NCBI GenBank assembly: GCA_004431415.1
Contig: QPMI01000013.1
Coordinates: 1 to 64,000 of the forward strand
Direction: 5' to 3'
Length of the DNA: 64,000 nucleotides
Source: Cyanophora paradoxa CCMP329
Taxonomy: Eukaryota; Plantae; Glaucophyta
In this document: in pieces, positions 1 to 11,063 of the stretch
Position numbering within the stretch: position 1 is the first letter of the stretch
How the letters are laid out: every line of letters begins with the position of its first letter
Position numbers and translations under genes: made by a program
The notes under the pieces: generated by a model
Told to the model about the DNA's origin: nothing
Databases searched by the model: none
Seen by the model: the letters and a program-made list of their open reading frames with translations, nothing else

Positions 1-1731
1 GACGCGCTTCTCGGCCTCGAGGCGGTCGGCCCGCGCCCGCTCCGCCTTCGCCTGCCGCCGCAGCTCCTCCGCCTCCGCCGCCAGCTCCCTGCCCCCCGCT
101 TCAGAGGGGCGGGGGGCGGGGCGGGCGAGGGCCGCGCCCCTAGGCTGGGCGAGGCGGCTAGGCGGCTAAATTGAGCTTGAGCTTGGGTTAGGAGGGCGGG
201 CGGGCGGGGGCGGGCGCGCCGGTCGTGCTCCTGGAACTTTCGGAGGGTCGTCTGCTGCGTCCGTACCAGGTCCAGCAGACGCTGCACCTCTTCCTCCGCC
301 TGGCCGGAAGGTTAGACGGCGGCGGAAGAGGGGCCAGGGACGCCTAGCGTAGCGCGCACCACGTGGGGCTCCGCCGGAGCCGCCGCTTGGTGGGCCGGGG
401 CCGGGGCCGGGGCCGGGGCCGGGGCGGAGGTGGGGCGGGCGCGGGCGGGGCTGGCGGAGGCGCCGAAGCGCGCGGCGGTGCCGAAGCCGGCGCCCTTCGA
501 AGGGGACTGGGCGCTGGGCGGCCGCAGCAGCGAGGAGCGTACGGCAGTCGCCGCGGGCTCTGGGAGCGACCCCCGACGCCGACCCCGGCGGCGCTGCCCG
601 AGGGGCGGCGGTGCTGCTGCTGCTGGGCGGGTGCAGCGTGGTGCTGGTGGTGGTGGTGGCCGGGGGCCGGGGCCGGGCCCGGGGGCGGGGCGGCGGAGGC
701 GGCGGCGCGGGTGCGCTTGATGAGGATGTCCTGCTGCTCGATGATTCGATCCGAGAGCTCGACGCGCTTGGCGAGCTTCTTGGCGCGCCGCTCCATCTCC
801 TTCATCGCCCGCGCCTGCCGCTCCCGCTCCTCCGCCGCAGCCCGCAGAAGGTCCCGCAGCGCCCCCGCCTCCGACCCGGGCGACGGCCCGCCCACCGGCA
901 GCGCCGCCGCGGCCGCCGCTGAGGACGCGGCCGGCGCTGGCGTCCCCGCGTCGGAACCCAGCAGGGTCTTGAACTGCGCGCCGGGCGCCCGCGTCGTCAG
1001 CGCCCTGGAAGCGAGCCGCGGGCGCGCTCAGGGCGCAGCGGACCTCCCTCACTCCGCGCTTGAGCTCCTCCTCCCTGCGCGCCGGCCTCAGCGCGGCGCG
1101 TCCGCGGAGGGCGGGCGGGAGGCGAGGCGCACTTCTCGAGGGCCGCGAGGGCGCTCCGGCGCGCCTCGGAGTCCTTGTCCAGAAGCTGCAGCTCCTTCTG
1201 GTGCAGCGACTGCTGCAGGACGCGCAGCTGCTGCCGCATCTCCGCCACGTCGCGCGACGAGCTCCTCATCCCCTCCGCCGCACCGTTCGCAGCGGCCGCC
1301 GCGGCGATTTCGGAGGGGTTAAGCATCTCGCTCAGCTCCCCGGCGCTCAGCTCATCGTCGCTGGTGCTGTTCCTCCCCCTGCGCCTCGGCTCCTCCTCGC
1401 GGCGGGACCGGCTGGGACTGGCGGTGAGGCGGAGCTGACGCCGGGCGCGCGACGCCGATCCGCGGGTGTCCTCCCGGTCGCGGCCATCCGCCAGCTCGTC
1501 GGCCATCTGCCTGACGTTTCGCAGCTCCTCCACTGCGAGCGGGTCAGTCGGCGCGGGGTGGCGGGAGGAGAGTATCGACTTGCCTATCGCTTTGAATTCT
1601 CGGACATCATCGGCCAGCGGACCCGGTGCGCCGCTCATCTCCTCGAGCGTCTCCGATGCCGAAGGCTCTCTCGGAGGCGGGCAGCGATGCTGCCGTTTGC
1701 TTTTTTTCCGGTCCGGGTACAGAGACCTCAA
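1..1731 (-). CDS. Coiled-coil protein, spliced, 3' end runs off the window
   Basis: ORF 997..1731 (MRSLYPDRKK...EMRQQLRVLQQSLHQKELQLLDKD) and downstream E/R/Q/A-rich heptad segments (LRDLLRAAAEERERQARAMKEMERR; AEEEVQRLLDLVRTQQ) separated by short introns. Confidence 0.6.
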
Positions 1732-1809
1732 GCAGCGCTCATCTCCCCTCTAGTCCCGCGCGCTACCGAGTCCTCGAAGCGCCGCTTGCGTCACCTCGAA
1801 TCCGGCGCG

Positions 1810-3776
1810 CTGGGGCTCGGGTCGTCCAAGTCCGTGTGCGGGTTCTGCGCCGAGGATGGAGACGGCGAGGTGCCCGCCGCGGCGGCCGTGCGTGCGATTA
1901 CCGTCGCGGGCGTGCGGTACAGCGTGAAGCGGATACTCGGCGAGGGAGGTGCGCTGCGCCGCGCGCCGTGCGCCGGCGAGCCGTCGTTCAGCGCCAGTGT
2001 TCCAGCTTCTGAACATACGCGCTCCCTGCAGGCTTCGCGTATGTAGCCCTGGCGGAGGACCCCGAGGGGCAGCAGCGCGCCGTGAAGATGATCCTGTGCC
2101 AGGCACGCCCCGCCCCGCCCCGCCGCGTCCCGCGCACTGCGCTCGACGGCGGCGTCCCTGACGCGCCGCTCGCGCGTGTGCGCGCAGTCGGAAGAGCAGA
2201 TCAAGGCGCGCCGCCCTCGCCGCCGCAGGCCGCGCGCTGCTGAGCGGGCGTGCGGGCGGGCGGCGCAGGAGGCGGAGTGGGAGATCGAGGTGCACCGGCG
2301 GGTGATGGACGTGCCGCGCATCTGTCGGATGCTGGCGTGCGGGCGGGAGGCGGCGCCGCACATCCACCCCTCCGCCGTCTCCTACTACCTCGTCCTCCCC
2401 TACTACGAGGCGCCCGCCCGCCCTCCCACCCGGCGCCCGCGCCGCTCGGGCTCTGCTGACGCGGGGCGGGGGGGTAGAGCGGCTCGCTGCAGGGCGTGCT
2501 GGACTCGCTGAGGAGGCGCGGGTCCCACCTCGAGGAGCCCGAGGCCCTCCGCATCTTCGGCGGCCTCCTGGAGGCGCGTTAATTCGCGTACCCCCCACTT
2601 CCTTCGCCACCCCTGGATTCTTGCGCCTCGAACTACTAACTGGCTCCTCTGCAGGCGGCGGAGGGGCTGCACGCCCGGGGCCTCTGCCACCGGGACATCA
2701 AGCCGGTGCCCCCCGTCCCCTCTCCTTCGAATTCCGGGGGGGTACGGCCTCATCGAAGCTTAAACTTCGAACTCAGCTGAACATTCTGCTGGACGGGGAG
2801 GGCGCGCCGCTCCTCATCGACCTCGGGAGCGCCTCGCCGACGCCCATCACCGTCGAGAACCGCCTCCAGGCGCGCACGCAGATCCCTCCCAGGAGCTCGC
2901 AGGGACCCGGGCACCCCGCCCTCCAACCTCTAGAAATGAAGAGCCGCCTGCCTGCCCGCCGCTCGCCACGACTCCACCGCGCGCCTTGCTAACGCTCTTT
3001 ACGGCCGCTGCCTCCCTCACCTTGATCCCCCAGGCGCTGGAGGTGCAGGAGCGGGCGGCGGTGATCACCTCTGCGGGGTACCGCGCCCCCGAGCTCTTCG
3101 ACGTACCCTCCCGCTGCACGGTGGACGAGCGCGTCGACGTCTGGAGCCTCGGCTGCACCCTCTTCGCCATGGCCTACGGCGCCAGCCCCTTCGAGCTCGC
3201 CACCGCGGTAACCCCCCTTCCCTCCCCGGTCCCCCTTAGACTCGAGCTCCTAGCGCCCCCGCGGCCCCTCCAGACAGCTTGCTAGCTCTCCCGTCCCGCT
3301 CTCCCAGCCAGCCTGCGCTCAGGCCCGGCGCGCGCAGAAAGGCGGGAGTTTCGCGATGGCGGTGCTGAACCCGCCCCAGTTCCCCGAGTCGCCCCCGTGC
3401 GCCCCGCCCGCCCGCGGGCCTCCTTCCGAACTTCGTCCCTCTCGTCCTCGTCTGAGGGGCCGGCGCGCGCGCGCGCAGGACCTCGGAGGCGTTCAAGGGC
3501 CTCGTCCGGTGCCCCCGGGACCTCGAGCTTCGAAGCTCGAGCTTCTTCCCCCAGGCGGCCGCCCGGCGCTAATGGGCGCGCAGGGCGGCGCTGGAGGTGG
3601 ACGCGCAGCGCCGGCCCCGCCTCTCCGACCTCCAGCGCCTCCTCGCCCCGGTACCCCCTTCCTTTCCTGTACCCCGGCCCCGCCCGCCTCTGACGCCGGC
3701 TCCGCAGCTGCTGGCGGCCGCTTCGAAGCAGCCGCGGCAGCTCCTGCCCCCCGCCCCCGCCGCCAACCGGCTCTGA
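1810..3776 (+). CDS. STK16: NAK-family Ser/Thr kinase, STK16/MPSK1-like (about 12 exons)
   Basis: Spliced motifs: ILGEG|GFAYV, AVKMIL, YYLVLPYYE|SGSL, HRDIKP|LNILL, LIDLGSA, YRAPELFDV, DERVDVWSLGCTLFAMAYGASPFE; stop TGA 3774-3776; start inferred at CTG 1810. Confidence 0.85.
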
Positions 3777-3875
3777 CCGGTACCTCGCCTCTTACCCCCC
3801 CACCCCGCCCCCCCTCCTCCCCCCCCCCTTCGTTCCCCTTGGGCCCTCTCGTATCGGGTCAAGCGTACTTATTGT

Positions 3876-4769
3876 TCAAGAGGCGGCGCGGGCGTTGGTG
3901 GGGGCGGGGGCGGCAGCGGTGGGGGCGTACATGTGCTCTTTGAGGGCGCGCTCGGCGTGGAGGACCCGGGCGAGGTTGTCGAGGTGTACCCCCAGGTGGG
4001 CGCCCGGGCCGGGGCCGGCGGCCGCGGCCGGCCCGACGGTGCAGACGAGGGCGGAGGGGTCGAGGCCGGCCTGCAACATGGCAAGGCGCATCGCCGCGTC
4101 CTGGTACCGCACGTACGGCTGGCTGCTCACCGCCACCGCCCGCTCCCCGCCCCGCGGCCGCTGCCGCCCCGACTCCGCCCACGCCCGCACCGCGTCTCCC
4201 GTCGTCGGGCGCCGCCGCCCGCCCTCCAGCATCGGAGCGGAGATGACGCCGCAGGCCCCCGGGCCCAGCAGCGGCGCCAGAAGCCGCTCGCACAGCGCCC
4301 GCGCCACGTCCGCCTCCGTCTGGAAGCCGCCGGCGGGTGCCGGGCCCAGCTCCGCGTCCTCTAGCGCCCCGCTGTCCCCCGCCGCGTCCAGGGGCCGGTC
4401 GCCAGCGAGGAAGAGAAGCCGCCGCGGTGCGAGCGCGCCGGACTCGATGAGGGAGCGCGCGTAGAGCGCCCGGGAGCGCATGGAGGCGTAAGTCCCGCCG
4501 TGCACGCACAGGATCTCCGCCCCGCGCGCCTCGGGCACCGGGACGACCGCCGCCAGGCTCCCTATGCGCTCCAGCAAGGCCAGCGCCGCCTTTTCCTGCT
4601 CGAGGGCGAGCCGCGGGGCAGCGAGCTGCCACCTCTCCTGCCCGGGTCGCCTTAGGAAGCGCTCCTGCAGCACGCCGTACACGCCGTCGGGCTCCGCGGC
4701 GTGCCCGCAGGCGGCCAGGAGCTGTGCTGCGAGCTGCAGCAGCTCATCCAAGGGCGGCCAGGCGGTCAT
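3876..4769 (-). CDS. Intronless 297-aa protein, distantly YdcF/DUF218-like bacterial-type hypothetical
   Basis: Single ORF with globular composition; motifs VHGGT, FLAGDRPL, TEADV, RPTTGD, VSSQPYVRYQ, LDNLAR. Family assignment is from memory and tentative. Confidence 0.6.
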   Translation of the reverse strand: MTAWPPLDELLQLAAQLLAACGHAAEPDGVYGVLQERFLRRPGQERWQLAAPRLALEQEKAALALLERIGSLAAVVPVPEARGAEILCVHGGTYASMRSRALYARSLIESGALAPRRLLFLAGDRPLDAAGDSGALEDAELGPAPAGGFQTEADVARALCERLLAPLLGPGACGVISAPMLEGGRRRPTTGDAVRAWAESGRQRPRGGERAVAVSSQPYVRYQDAAMRLAMLQAGLDPSALVCTVGPAAAAGPGPGAHLGVHLDNLARVLHAERALKEHMYAPTAAAPAPTNARAAS

Positions 4770-5012
4770 ACGCGGCGGCGGCGAGTTGGTCTGCTCGTGT
4801 AGCTAACGCTGACGAGACGCTGCGGCGCCGCGGCCCCGCGAGTGTGCGCAGCTTTTCGAATTCGCGCGACCCAGCGCGATCCGCGCTGTTTAGCGCCGTG
4901 TGAGACGCAAATCACGAGCTTGGACTAGCTGCCACTCGATCCTATCGATAACTAATGTGCAGGTGGCGAGCAAGGACCGCGCGCTTGCGCTCAATTCGCC
5001 ACTACCCCCCCG

Positions 5013-7250
5013 ATGGCCAGCGACCCGAGCGCGTCGACGTCGGCCGCGGCCAGCGGCAGCGGCGATGCTGCCAGGACGAGCGGCGTGCTTGATCCCGAGC
5101 TGGTCGCGCGGCGGCAGGAGGCCTACAAGGCGCGCGGCGGTCGCGGGTCGGACCAGGCGCGCCGCCGCGAGGAGCAGCTGCGGAGGCAGAAGCAGGCGAG
5201 CGAGAGCGAAGCGCTCGTGGTGCCGTGCGAGCGCTCGGCTCCGCTGATCCCGCGTTCGCCCCGCAGGCGCGGCGAGACCTCGCAGAGCACGCGCGGGAGC
5301 TCGCAGCGAGCGCGACGCGCACGTCGGGAGCGATAGGAGATGGCGACTCGGACAGCGACGGCGCGGACGGAGCGGCGGACAGCATGGACGCTTGCGACGC
5401 CCAGGTACGGGCCAGCGAACCCATTCGAGCGCCCCGCTGGCCTCGGCGGACCGCACGCGCAGGCTGAGGCGACGGGAATGGACGCGGAGGCGACTGGCGG
5501 GAGCGGCGGGCGGGGCGGGCGGAGGAGAGGGCGGGGCGGGCCGCGGCGGGGCCCCTCGGAGCGGGAGCTGGCGCGCATGTACTCGCAGCAGCTCATGATC
5601 CCCGAGTGGATCAACGAGGTACCCCAGGACCTCCGCGAGCGGTGGCTCGTCGCCGCCAGGCCCGAGGGCCGACGGTGCGCGCGCCCCGCCGCGCGCCGCG
5701 GGGCCGGGCCCGCCGCCTCACCCCACCCCGGCACCCAGCTGCCTGGTCATCGCGAGCGCGGGAAAGACCGTCAGCAGGCTGCGGAGCGGGGCCCTCCTCG
5801 CGCGGTTTCCGTCCGCCCTGCCCGGTGCGGCCCCCGTACCCCCACCCCTCCTCCCCCCCCCGTCGAGCGGGCGGCCGCAGGGGGCCGGCGGGGCCCGGGC
5901 GGGGACGGGTACAGCATCCTGGACTGCGTGTACCACGAGGCTGACGCGACGTACTACGTGCTGGACCTCATGTGCTGGCGGGGGTACAGCCTCTACGACT
6001 GCGACACCGAGTTTCGGCGCGCGCGACCGCGCCCCGTACCCCGCTCCGCGTTCCTCCCCACCCTCCTGACTCGCCGGATCAGGTTCTTCTGGCTGCACAC
6101 GAAGCTCGCAGAGTGCGCGGGGCTGGGCGAGGCGGGCCCCGCGAACCGGCACCGCTTCGTACCCCTCCCCTACCACGCCGCCGACGCCCCCGGCCTCGAG
6201 GCCGCGTACAGGTCCGCCCCTACCCCCCTCCATTCCTTCTCATCCCCCCCCCCCTGGATCCCGACCTCCCCCCCAGGGGGTCGTGGGGGTACGGGAAGGA
6301 CGGCCTGCTCTTCGTGCACCGGGCGGCGCACTACGAGCTGGGGGTAACCCCCCTCGCCCTCATGTGGAAGGCCCGCCCCGCCCCCGCCCCCGCCCCCGCC
6401 TCCCCCCTCCCCCCCTCCCCTCCCCCCCCCCCCTCCCCGCATCCCAGGGCCTAGGCCAAGGGCCAGGCCTAGGACTTAGCCGGCCGGCCCCCCCTGCGCA
6501 GGACGCGGCGTGCTGCCGGTACTTCGACGACCCGCGGTCCGCCCTCGCGCAGCCCCTCCAGGTGGGTCTTTAGCGTACCCCCCTCCCCCCGTCCCCCCCC
6601 CCTAAGCTACCGCAGATCGTGACGCTGGCGGTGGGGGAGGGGGCGGCCCTCCTGACGGGGGACGACCCGCCGGTACCCCTCGGGGCCCTGCCCCCGGCCC
6701 TCCTGGCCTCCCCGGAGGGCGCCCCCCTCCGCGTGCGCCCGCGGCCCCGCGTACCCTCCCGACCAGGCCAAATTCGATCCAGATTTGATCCGCCTGCATG
6801 CAGCCTGGGCACCTCGTGCGGGTAACCATCACCGGCGCCGCGGAGCTGCCCCCGCCCCCGGGCTCCCCGCCCGACGGTCCGTCCGCCCCACCCGCCGCCC
6901 TTCCACCGCGCCTCTTTCTGAGACTCCGGCAGCCGGCGCGGGGCGCGTGGTGGGCGACCTGCGCTTCCACTCGCGGCTGCCGCCGGGCAAGACCAAGGAC
7001 CGCGTCCTCCCGGACGTCTGGAGCAAGGTTCGCCCGCCCTCTTCTATCCATCTCTGTCCATGTCTGAGCGGGGGCGGGGCGGCAGATCCTGTTCTACCAC
7101 AGCCTGCGGCACGACCCGCTCGCGTACGGCGAGCTCGCGGCGGCGGCCGCCGGCGTCGGGGAGCGCATGCAGGCCGACTCCGACCCCGGGCCCGGGGGCC
7201 CCCCGCCCGCCCCCGCCCCCGCCCCCGAGGACTCCATGATGTCCCATTAG
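5013..7250 (+). CDS. SNUPN: Snurportin-1 (m3G-cap snRNP import adaptor), spliced
   Basis: IBB-like N-terminus (RRQEAYK..DQARRREEQLRRQKQ|ARRD), QQLMIPEW, WLVAARPEGRRC|LVIAS, YSILDCVYHE..YYVLDLMCWRG..DCDTEFR|FFWL, DGLLFVH..HYELGVTPL. Confidence 0.92.
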
Positions 7251-8404
7251 CACGAGCGCTGCGCCCGCGCGGGTGTTAAGGGCCTTGGATTAACCGATGG
7301 AAGATCCGCCGGGCCGGAGAATGCTCCATTCTAACTGTTGTGAATGGAGATCCAGAAAACTTGAAGGGTACTACGTATACGGTATCCGGGTGTCAGATTA
7401 ATAATGCCAGTAATGTCAGAATATTAATGGTGTCGACGTCACCCCCTCTCCCCCCCCCCCCCCCCCCCCCCCCCCCTTTCCAGTCTAGCTACTACATGCA
7501 TATGATGCTCGAGCTCCGCATCATCATCATCCAGGTCCGCTTTCTTCCCTCTGTATCCTCGAATCTCTGCCCTGAGCTCGAGCGGCGCGGCAGGCGGCGT
7601 ACGCGTGGCGCGGTCGCGCGGCTGCGGCGGCCTTCGCGCGCGCCGCCGGCGCCCGCGCCGACCGTCGGACCGCGGCCCAGGCGGCGCTGGTGCTGCGGCC
7701 GCCGTCGCGATCGGCTCCGCCGGGCCGCCGCCGCCCCCTCCCCCCCCTCGCCCCGGCCCCTATGCCTTGCTCCACGACTACGGGAGTCTACGGCTACCCC
7801 GGCCCCAGGGACATGGCCACAGCTGCAGCGCCGGCACCGGCGCTGCGCCGCCCCGGGCCCGGCGGCCCCGGGGCCGCGGGCCCCGGCCCCCGGGCCCGCC
7901 GGGCCGGCCCCGGGCCGGACTACGGGAGTTCCGAAAGTTCGGCGGCCCCTCGAGCCTGCGAGCTTCTCAGGAGCCTCGGAGTCGCGATCGGGACTCAGGA
8001 GTCAGGACTCAGGAGTCAGGCCGCAGGGCCTGCAGCTTCAAGGCTTAAGCTTGCAGTGCCCTGCGCATACGTATACCCGAGACTGGTCCCGAGTCAGGGC
8101 CCTCAGCCGCTGAGCCTGGGCCCTGGGGCTCAGGCCCTTAGGGGCCTTGGCCGCAGGCCCGCAGGGCCGCAGCCCGCAGAGCGGCGCCGGCAGAGGGCCG
8201 CGCCGCGGCCCGCGGCCAGCCTATAGCTCGCGAATCGCGATCGAGTGCGAATCGCGATCGAGCTCGAGCGCTAGGCGCCGCTAACCTAGTAGCTAGCGCT
8301 CAGCGGCTAGCGCCGCTAGCGCTAGCTATAGCCTCAGCCTATAGGCCGCCGGCGCCGCCGCGGCCCGCCGGGCGGCGCCGCGGCGCCCGGCCGCGCGGGC
8401 CGCC

Positions 8405-8493
8405 GGGCGCTACTAGGCTAGCCGCTGAGCGCGGTAGCCTAGTAGTAGGGGCGCTACTAGGCTAGCCGCTGAGCGCGGTAGCCTAGTAGTAGG
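8405..8493. repeat. ~45-bp direct tandem duplication in a palindrome-rich non-coding block
   Basis: gggcgctactaggctagccgctgagcgcggtagcctagtagtagg occurs twice in tandem. Confidence 0.85.
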
Positions 8494-8773
8494 CTAGTAG
8501 TAGCGCGGCTACTCAAGCGCCTCGATCGAGATCCGCCGGCGGGACCGCCGCTGGACCGCCGCCTCCGATCGCGATCCGCGGCCTCCCGGACTCTCGGACC
8601 CGGACTCCCGCCGTCTCCCGGAGTCACTCGAGTCCGCCGGCGGCGCTCTAGATTTGTATCATTACTATCATATGCATGATGCATCGTATGCTGCCGGCTG
8701 CGCATGCGGTATCAATCATCGCAGAGCCAGGATTGATGGCTCACAATCGTTGAAAAGTCTGCTAGGGATCTAG

Positions 8774-11063
8774 GAGCGCATTCTGGTCCAAAATTAATAC
8801 AGCAATTGGGTTGGGAATTATGTGTTGTGTGATGGCGCAGCGAGGGGGGCAGCGGGCTAGGCGACAGATAGCAGTAATGGAGGTTGCATGCTACTGAACA
8901 CGATACATTAGGCGGCGTCTAGCCCCGTCACCATCGGTTTTCGACCACTGCGGGCGCGGGATTCGCGGCGCGGGATCGGCAAGACAGCTACACGAGTGCT
9001 AGGGAATCGGCGCGCATAGGTCCTTTTTGCTAGCGGATCCCCGCTGCGCGCCCGCGCGCCAAGGTCCCGCGCGCCCGCTTGCGGAGGGGGGGACAGCGAT
9101 TCCGTCATGCAGTCCGCGCTGCTAGCGCTCTGGTCGCGTTATGCATGCGCGGTACAGCGCAACGATTGCGTTGTGTACCGCTTCGGGTCCTCCGCGCTGC
9201 CGCCGCCGCGCCAGCGCCGGTTTTGGGGCTGCCCAAAACCGGGGGGACAGCGTTACGAGGCACCAGCTCCAGCCACACATCGCCCGGTGTGCGAAACGCT
9301 CGAGCGCGTCGCACTCCCAGGCGCCGCCGCTGTATCTGGCGCCTCCATCTGGCCCCGCTCGCCGCCGCAGTACACGCCGCACATCGCGGCACATGTACAG
9401 CTACTGCTATAGGTCCGTGGCTCACTTTGCATCGTGCTCGGTTCGCTCACCGCGGGCGATCCGGCGCGGCGCATCTGGCGGTTCGTCGCCCTCGCGCCGC
9501 CGCCGCATGTCAATGCGATCCCGTGCGCGCTCCATCACGAGCCGAAAAGCCGGCGCTGAGGTCTGCACACGCCCGCGCCGCCCCCTGCGCCGAGCGCCGA
9601 CCGCGGCCTGCCCGCGCTCATTTGCGCAGGGCGATCTCCGTTACCGCGCGTGCTCTGGGGGCACCTCGCCGTCGACGCATGGGACTCAATGGCTGCTGGC
9701 GTCTTGCGCAGTCAGAGCCAGGATCGCCGACGAGCTGCAGCATGCCGCCCCATGCCCTGCGCGCGCGCGCTTCGCCACAACCACGTATCCGCGGTGCGCG
9801 GGCCAGCCGCCTTTGCCCGCTCTTTGATATTCAATCGGAGGGTCTTTTTGAGCGTGGCGTCAGCCACGCTGGACGCCGCTCGCGCAGGGATCCCGCCCCC
9901 GCCGCCCCGCCAACCACGTACCCCGGTACGAGGCCCGGCCCGCGCCCCCGGCCCTGGCTCTGCCGGGCGGGGCCTTAGTGCCGCGCCCGGTGGGCCGCCG
10001 AATCGCTTGGGAGACGGCGCTGAACGCTGCTCCCGCAGGGCCCCCGCCCCACACCCCGGCTCTCCGTCGCCCCGCCAACCACGTACCCCGGTACGAGGCC
10101 CGGCCCGCGCCCCCGGCCCTGGCTCTGCCGGGCGGGGCTCTAGTGCCGCGCCCGGTGGGCCGCCGAATCGCTTGGGAGGCGGCGCTGAACGCTGCTCCCG
10201 CAGGGACCCCGCCCCCCGCCTCCCCGCCCCCCCGCCAACCACGTACCCCGGTACGAGGCCCGGCCCGCGCCCCCGGCCCTGGTTCTGCCTGGCGGGGTCC
10301 TAGAACCGCGCCCAGACGGCCGCCGAATCGCTTGGGAGACGGCGCTGAACGCTGCTTCCGCAGGGCCCCCGCCCCCCGCCTCCCCGCCCCCCCGCCAACC
10401 ACGTACCCCGGTGCGAGGCCCGGCCCGCGCCCCCGGCCCTGGCTCTGCCAGGCGGGGCCCTAGTACCGCGCCCAGACGGCCGCCAAATCGATTTGGAGGC
10501 GGCGCTGAACGCTGCTCCCGTAGGGCCCCCGCCCCACACCCCGGCTCTCCGTCGCCCCGCCAACCACGTACCCCGGTACGAGGCCCGGCCCGCGCCCCCG
10601 GCCCTGGCGATGCCTGGAGGGGCCCTAATATCGCGCCCGTAGGGCTGCCGAATCGCTTGGGAGGCGGCGCTGAACGCTGCTCCCGCAGGGCCCCCGCCCC
10701 CGCCCCCGCCCCCCCGCCAACCACGTACCCCGGTACGAGGCCCGGCCCGCGCCCCCGTCCCTGGCTCTGCCGGGCGGGGCCTTAGTGCCGCGCCCGGTGG
10801 GCCGCCGAATCGCTTGGGAGGCGGCGCTGAACGCTGCTCCCGCAGGGCCCCCGCCCCACACCCCGGCTCTCCGTCGCCCCGCCAACCACGTACCCCGGTA
10901 CGAGGCCCGGCCCCCGCCCCCGGCCCTGGCGCTGCCTGGCGGGGCCCTAGTAACGCGCCCGGAGGGCTGCCGAATCGCTTGGGAGGCGGCGCTGAACGCG
11001 GTTTCCGCAGGGACCCCGCCCCCCGCCCTGGTTTGGGCGCCCCCAAAACCGGGACTGACGCTG
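8774..11063 (+). repeat. Left inverted arm
   Basis: Reverse complement of 12568-14788 with few SNPs/indels in the outer part. Confidence 0.95.
9890..11030 (+). repeat. Tandem array of seven ~157-165-bp GC-rich units (left arm)
   Basis: Anchor gccaaccacgtaccccggt at 9909, 10074, 10234, 10394, 10559, 10716, 10881. Confidence 0.95.

Noticed and set aside
9890-11030. CRISPR array interpretation of the ~160-bp repeats
   Set aside because: The variable parts are homologous point variants of each other rather than unique spacers, the units are too long, there are no cas genes, and the context is eukaryotic.
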